A stretch of 63,636 bases of DNA, filler included, from Candidatus Tectimicrobiota bacterium (GTDB lineage: Bacteria; JACPSX01), in the NCBI GenBank assembly GCA_016193065.1. It is 6 parts of 6 records of this genome, joined end to end, with 100 filler letters (N's around TTAATTAATTAA, not from the genome) between each part and the next. Parts side by side here need not be neighbours in the genome. Positions count along the whole stretch, not along the records: positions 58,989 to 63,636 come from JACPSX010000199.1; 5 more parts are not named here. One strand, given 5' to 3'. Positions 58,989 to 63,636 of this stretch are shown piece by piece. The translations under genes were made by a program, and so were the position numbers. The notes beneath the pieces were generated by a model. It ran no database searches, was not told the origin of the DNA, and saw nothing but the letters and a program-made list of their open reading frames with translations. The stretch's first letter is position 1. Each line of letters starts with the position of its first letter.

Positions 58989-60032
58989 TACTACACCGAG
59001 TACCGCTACCGCCCGGTTAAGGAGATCGCCAAGGCTTCCCAGACCGGAGCCGCCACCAACATCATCACGGGCTTCGCCGTGGCCTTGGAATGTACGGCTC
59101 TCCCCGTCCTCGTGCTGGCGGTAGCTCTGATCACCTCCTACTCCTTAGGCCAGTGGAGCGGGTTGACGAACTCCAGCGGTCAGTTGATCGGAGGCCTTTA
59201 CGGAACCGCCATTGCCACCATGGGCATGCTGGCCACGGCCGCTTACATTCTGGCCATGGACACCTTCGGCCCTATTACAGACAACGCGGGAGGGATCGTG
59301 GAAATGTCCGGGCAATCCGAAGAAGTCCGCAAGAAAACCGACCGATTGGATTCCGTGGGGAACACGACGAAGGCCCTGACCAAAGGATATGCCATCGGCA
59401 GTGCTGCATTGGCGGCCTTTCTGCTCTTCTCCGCTTATATGGACGAAGTAACAAACCTCACCGGCAAAGCCTTCCATGTTGTGGACATCGCCAAGGTGGA
59501 GGTCTTTATTGGCGGGTTGCTGGGAGCTATGTTGATCTTCCTGTTCAGCGCCCTGGCTATCCGCGCCGTGGGCAAAGCGGCACATACGGTCATCAAAGAA
59601 GTAAGGCGGCAATTCCAGGAAAACCCCGGTATCATGAAGGGAGAATCCAAACCCGACTATGCCCGCTGCGTGGACATCGTGACACGGGGGGCGCTGAAAG
59701 CGATGGTGCTGCCCGGCATCTTGGCCGTTGCGATGCCGATCCTGGTCGGGATTATCCTGAAGGCAGAAGCTGCAGCAGCCCTGCTTATGGTGGGTACGAT
59801 CGGCGGTATTTTGCTGGCCACTCTGATGAACAACGGCGGGGGAGCCTGGGACAATGCCAAGAAGTTTATTGAGTCAGGAGCCTACGGGGGCAAGGGATCC
59901 GAAACACACAAAGCCGCCGTGGTCGGGGACACCGTCGGGGATCCGTTCAAGGACACGGCCGGTCCCTCCCTGCACGTGTTGATTAAACTCCTGAGCACCG
60001 TCACGCTGGTTTTCGCCCCCCTGTTTATCTAG
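58989..60032 (+). CDS. hppA: Membrane H+-translocating pyrophosphatase, 5' truncated
   Basis: [37 protein letters not shown]. Confidence 0.95.
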   Translation, partial: YYTEYRYRPVKEIAKASQTGAATNIITGFAVALECTALPVLVLAVALITSYSLGQWSGLTNSSGQLIGGLYGTAIATMGMLATAAYILAMDTFGPITDNAGGIVEMSGQSEEVRKKTDRLDSVGNTTKALTKGYAIGSAALAAFLLFSAYMDEVTNLTGKAFHVVDIAKVEVFIGGLLGAMLIFLFSALAIRAVGKAAHTVIKEVRRQFQENPGIMKGESKPDYARCVDIVTRGALKAMVLPGILAVAMPILVGIILKAEAAAALLMVGTIGGILLATLMNNGGGAWDNAKKFIESGAYGGKGSETHKAAVVGDTVGDPFKDTAGPSLHVLIKLLSTVTLVFAPLFI

Positions 60033-60056
60033 GGGAACGACGGGTTTGAATTCCCA

Positions 60057-60710
60057 ATGAAAGTAAAGCTGGGCGGCATCAAGACCAAGATCATTACCGG
60101 ACTCGTGATTGTGGTCCCCCTGTGGGCCACCTATCTCGTCCTGCGGGCATTCTTCGAGACCCTGGACGGCCTTTTGGGACCTTACCTCAAGCCCCTGGTC
60201 CAGAGCCTCCTGCCAAACATTGAGAATATTCCCGGACTGGGGATCCTGGCAGCCCTCCTGGTCCTGTACCTGATCGGCCTGGTGACCGCCAACATCATCG
60301 GCCGCCGATTCGTCCATCGCATGGATGCGCTCATGAAGAGGATCCCTTTGGTGAAAACCATCTACAGCGCCACAAAGCAGATCACGGAGGCCCTGGCCAC
60401 TCCTGCGAAAACAGCCTTTAAGAAGGTCGTGCTTGTGGAACTCCCTTACCCGGGAACATATGTCCTGGCCTTTATAACCAACAGCATTCGGGATGAACAG
60501 GGCCGGGAGCTGCCGGTGGTTTTTGTCCCCTGCAGTCCAAACCCCACCACAGGTTTTACACTGGTCATGCCCCCGGAGAAGGTGATCGAGTCCAACATGA
60601 CCGTGGAGGAGGGGATGAAGGTGATCCTTTCGATGGGAATCATCTTTCCCGGTATCTCCGCCCTTCAGGCCATCCCCCGAGACCGCCCCGTTGCTGGCGT
60701 CAAGCCATGA
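60057..60710 (+). CDS. DUF502 membrane protein
   Basis: 'IPLVKTIY..KQI', 'VFVPCSPNPTTG', 'MTVEEG'. Confidence 0.88.
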   Translation: MKVKLGGIKTKIITGLVIVVPLWATYLVLRAFFETLDGLLGPYLKPLVQSLLPNIENIPGLGILAALLVLYLIGLVTANIIGRRFVHRMDALMKRIPLVKTIYSATKQITEALATPAKTAFKKVVLVELPYPGTYVLAFITNSIRDEQGRELPVVFVPCSPNPTTGFTLVMPPEKVIESNMTVEEGMKVILSMGIIFPGISALQAIPRDRPVAGVKP

Positions 60711-61364
60711 CCGGGACCAGGCGGGAAGCCTCCTCGTATACCGCGTTGATGTTGACGGGCTTTTACGTGGCCTGCGAACTGATCGCCAACGTGACGGCCG
60801 CCAAGCCCATCGACTTGGGGATCANNNNNNNNNNNAGTCCCGGCGGGCGTGTTCATCTACGCGCTGACTTTTACGCTGATCGACCTGATCAATGAACTCC
60901 TGGGCAAACGAGGAGCCCGTAGGGTCGTTTTCATTGCCTTTGCCGCCAATCTGCTGCTGGCTCTCTATACCCAGCTTAGCGTGGTGATTCCCGCTGCCTC
61001 CTTCTACCCTCACTCGCAAGCCTACGCCGCGGTTCTGGGCTCCACCCTGAGAATTGTCCTGGCCAGCTTGACCGCATATCTCCTCAGTTCTCTTTTGGAC
61101 GTCCACATCTTTGCCTGGTGGAGGGAGAAGATCCGGGGCCCGAAGTGGTTGCGGGTGGTGGCCAGCAATGCAGTGTCCACCTTGGTCGACAGTGCCCTCT
61201 TTATCACCCTGGCATTTGCGGGTTCTCTGCCCATAGTCCCACTGATCCAGGGACAGTACCTGGCCAAGATGGGGATCACCCTGATTTCCTTGCCTTTGAT
61301 CTACCTGGTTCGGGGACTCCCCCTGGAGAGCCAGGCGATGGGTCTTGAGCACTCACCCTCCTGA
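60707..61364 (+). CDS. Queuosine-precursor transporter (YhhQ/VUT family) spanning a small N gap
   Basis: 'IANVTAAK', 'YALTF..DLINE..G', 'RIVLASL.AYL.S', 'DSALF..LAF'. Confidence 0.85.
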
Positions 61365-61397
61365 GAGCTTGGAAACCTGGAGGGACGGAGAAACCTG

Positions 61398-61508
61398 ATG
61401 GCCGAAAAGCATAGTTTTTGGGATCTCCTGGTCTTTTATAGTTTTCTTGGGGTCACCCTGGCAAGCGTGGCGGTCCTGGTGGTCTTTGTAATGCTCAAGG
61501 GCCGCTGA
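61398..61508 (+). CDS. Small single-TM protein, 36 aa (not in the ORF track)
   Basis: GGAG RBS; MAEKHSFWDLLVFYSFLGVTLASVAVLVVFVMLKGR. Confidence 0.55.
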   Translation: MAEKHSFWDLLVFYSFLGVTLASVAVLVVFVMLKGR

Positions 61509-61574
61509 GGCTCAGCCCTTGCCAGCAGGCAGCCCTCGACCCCCGGAGTACCGCGTTCCCGGAGGACCTCTCTC

Positions 61575-62648
61575 ATGAAGGCCATGATTCTAGCAGCGGG
61601 AAAGGGGGAGCGCTTGCGCCCCTTGACGGAAATCCTCCCCAAGCCCGCTCTGCCGGTGGGAAACTCTCCTCTGCTCCTCTATACCGCGGCTTTCCTCAGA
61701 GCGGCCGCCGTTAGCGAGGTGGGAATCAATCTCCACCACCTGGCCCCGCATGTGCGTCAGGTTCTGGGTGATGGATCGCAAAGCGGCCTTCAGATCACGT
61801 ACTCCTATGAGCCCACTCTTCTGGGAACCGCCGGCGGGATCAAGCAACTGGAGCCTTTCTGGGGGCAGGAACCCTTCTTCGTCATCAACGGGGATACCCT
61901 GACCCGCATCGACTTGGGAAAGCTCCGGGATTTCCACAATCGGGTTGGATCCGCTCTCACCCTGGCACTGAGAGAAGACCCGCGAGCCCCATCCTTCGGC
62001 CTCGTGGGAGTCGACGAAGAAGGCAGAATCTGTCGCCTTTGTGACCACAAACGGCACCCGGAAAAGCCGGCAGCCGCCGAATACATGTTCAGCGGAGTTC
62101 ATCTATGGGAGCCCGAGATCCTCAGCGAAATTCCTGCCCATGTTCCTTGGGACTTCAGCCGCCAGCTTTTCCCCCACCTCCTCCAGCGGGGTTTCCCGCT
62201 CTACGGCTTCCCAGTGGACGGATACTGGAACGACATCGGCACCCCGCAAAGGTATCTGGACACCCACTGGGATCTTCTGAAGGGAGAGTTCTCCAGGCCG
62301 GGTCTCCCTCCCATGGAGCCCGGGTCAGTTGTGCGGGATGAAAACTCGGAGATCTCCCCCACCGCTTTACTGAAGCCGCCTGTCCTTCTGGGCGCAGGTT
62401 GCTCCATCGGAGAAAATGCAACGGTGGGGCCTTGGGTCGTGCTGGGCCCCAGTGTGCGCATCGGGGCCGGGGCCAGGGTTACCCGCACGGTTCTGTGGTC
62501 GGGGGCGAGCCTGGATCCGGAAACGGTGCTGGAAGGAGCCATCGTCGCCAGTCGGAGCCGGGTACCCCGGGGCCGGCACTATCGTAAGCTCATACTGACC
62601 GCCGGAAGCGCGGGAGAACTGCTGGCCTCACCCTTCAAAAACTCATAG
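61575..62648 (+). CDS. NDP-sugar pyrophosphorylase (mannose-1-P guanylyltransferase-like)
   Basis: ILAAGKGERLRPLT..PKP, LGTAGG, NGD, WNDIG; C-terminal beta-helix. Confidence 0.9.
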   Translation: MKAMILAAGKGERLRPLTEILPKPALPVGNSPLLLYTAAFLRAAAVSEVGINLHHLAPHVRQVLGDGSQSGLQITYSYEPTLLGTAGGIKQLEPFWGQEPFFVINGDTLTRIDLGKLRDFHNRVGSALTLALREDPRAPSFGLVGVDEEGRICRLCDHKRHPEKPAAAEYMFSGVHLWEPEILSEIPAHVPWDFSRQLFPHLLQRGFPLYGFPVDGYWNDIGTPQRYLDTHWDLLKGEFSRPGLPPMEPGSVVRDENSEISPTALLKPPVLLGAGCSIGENATVGPWVVLGPSVRIGAGARVTRTVLWSGASLDPETVLEGAIVASRSRVPRGRHYRKLILTAGSAGELLASPFKNS

Positions 62649-63224
62649 GGCCGGTGAATCCTCTGCAGAATCGAGGAGGTGCAAGATCTCCCGCAGCAGT
62701 TTCCGGACCTCCACGACTTGATCCCGGGAAAGGGCTCCTTTACCTTTCAGAACGCTGCGGATCCGCCGCCTCAAATCCGGCAACGAAGCCGCGGCGTATT
62801 GGCCCGCAGACTCCGCAACGCGAGGGACGCTGCGGAGCTGACCTCCCCTCGGAAGGGGAGAGGGGGAATAGCGGCGAGCGGCCAGGGAAATCACCTCGGC
62901 AAGGAAGGGAAGATCGCGGTCCGGGACCCTTTGCAGTGCCTCCCAGATTTCCCTTGCTCGGTGCCCCGCAAGAGCATCCTGCCCGGTGCCCTCTGAGCCC
63001 TCGAGCCTGGAAGCGAAAAAGGTGTCCACGGGGACTTCCAGGACCTTGCCGAGTTTCTGCAGCATCTTGAGAGAAGGATTTTGCTCGCCGCGCTCAATCT
63101 TGCCGATATAGGAAAGATCCATCCCCCCCTCTACCCGCTCGGCCAGCTCCCTCTGGGTCATTCCGCGCTGGAGCCGCAGTTGGCGCAATCTCTTCCCCAC
63201 TTCCACGATGACCCGCTCGGACAT
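62643..63224 (-). CDS. XRE-family HTH regulator
   Basis: 'GKRLRQLRLQRGMTQRELAE...YIGKIERGEQNPSL'. Confidence 0.85.
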   Translation of the reverse strand: MSERVIVEVGKRLRQLRLQRGMTQRELAERVEGGMDLSYIGKIERGEQNPSLKMLQKLGKVLEVPVDTFFASRLEGSEGTGQDALAGHRAREIWEALQRVPDRDLPFLAEVISLAARRYSPSPLPRGGQLRSVPRVAESAGQYAAASLPDLRRRIRSVLKGKGALSRDQVVEVRKLLREILHLLDSAEDSPAL

Positions 63225-63596
63225 TCTCCAGACCCTATTCCGAGTCCCCCGAGACAAGAGAACCCGACAAAAGCCGGTGGCCGCTGGCGCCGTTTCAAAT
63301 TAGATGCGCCGAATCGGAGCCGCCTGCTCTGCGGCAAAGACCGCGATTGCGTGAGCCGAACCAGTTGGCACAAATAGCACAAATAAAAGAAACGGCATTA
63401 GTTAAACCGATCCTTCCGGAAAGTCAACCTTTGAAGGAACCCAACCTGCGTTTCTCAAACTGGTCCTCAGAACAGGATAAATAAGCATTGTTTCTAGATT
63501 AAATAAGGTATATATATCCACAGAGGAACCGCGGAAAATCTTCCGGGATCCGGTGGGCCGGGGCATCCGGCCTGCCCGCTAGGTGGAAGGGGAAGC

Positions 63597-63636
63597 ATGG
63601 GAAAGCGGTTGGTTCTGGTCGTAGACGATGACCAGG
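63597..63636 (+). CDS. Start of a response-regulator receiver domain (cut by window end)
   Basis: MGKRLVLVVDDDQ after a purine-rich RBS. Confidence 0.65.
   Translation, partial: MGKRLVLVVDDDQ

Noticed and set aside
51650-61364. Apparent frameshifts in the LLM and YhhQ genes
   Set aside because: Both coincide with N gaps of estimated length (52010-52066 and 60825-60835).
1-63636. CRISPR array, rRNA, tRNA, reverse transcriptase or intact transposase
   Set aside because: None recognised by inspection; the repeats are dispersed palindromes, not regularly spaced arrays.

Overview
GC-rich bacterial DNA, probably a MAG. The gene content (paralogous Fe3+-type binding proteins, hydantoinases, LLM oxidoreductase, lapAB-HIT-ybeY-HDIG-phoH-glnD-xerD-murJ) resembles Deltaproteobacteria/Tectomicrobia/Nitrospinota-like organisms, but taxonomy is only a guess. 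The window is six contigs joined by artificial N44-TTAATTAATTAA-N44 linkers (18981-19080, 39692-39791, 44131-44230, 52803-52902, 58889-58988), so adjacency across linkers means nothing. Most of it is housekeeping, transport and cell-envelope genes. The first ~9 kb is an accessory island with four toxin-antitoxin loci and several genes bearing integron-cassette R'/R'' signatures, but with no integrase and no intact attC. Three modules begin at the same non-canonical junction (CRGYAKACTCAA|TAG, minus strand) and two end at the same motif (TAAC|CTATAAGGAWTGA), which suggests an undescribed cassette capture/insertion system. The island also has two copies of a terminal-inverted-repeat mini-element that is an internally deleted HUH/Y1 (RAYT-like) transposase gene. 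At 24.8-27.3 kb, three copies of a covarying structured motif that I cannot assign to a known RNA family lie in intergenic DNA. At least two more MITE families, nested REP-like repeats and several pseudogene fragments are present.
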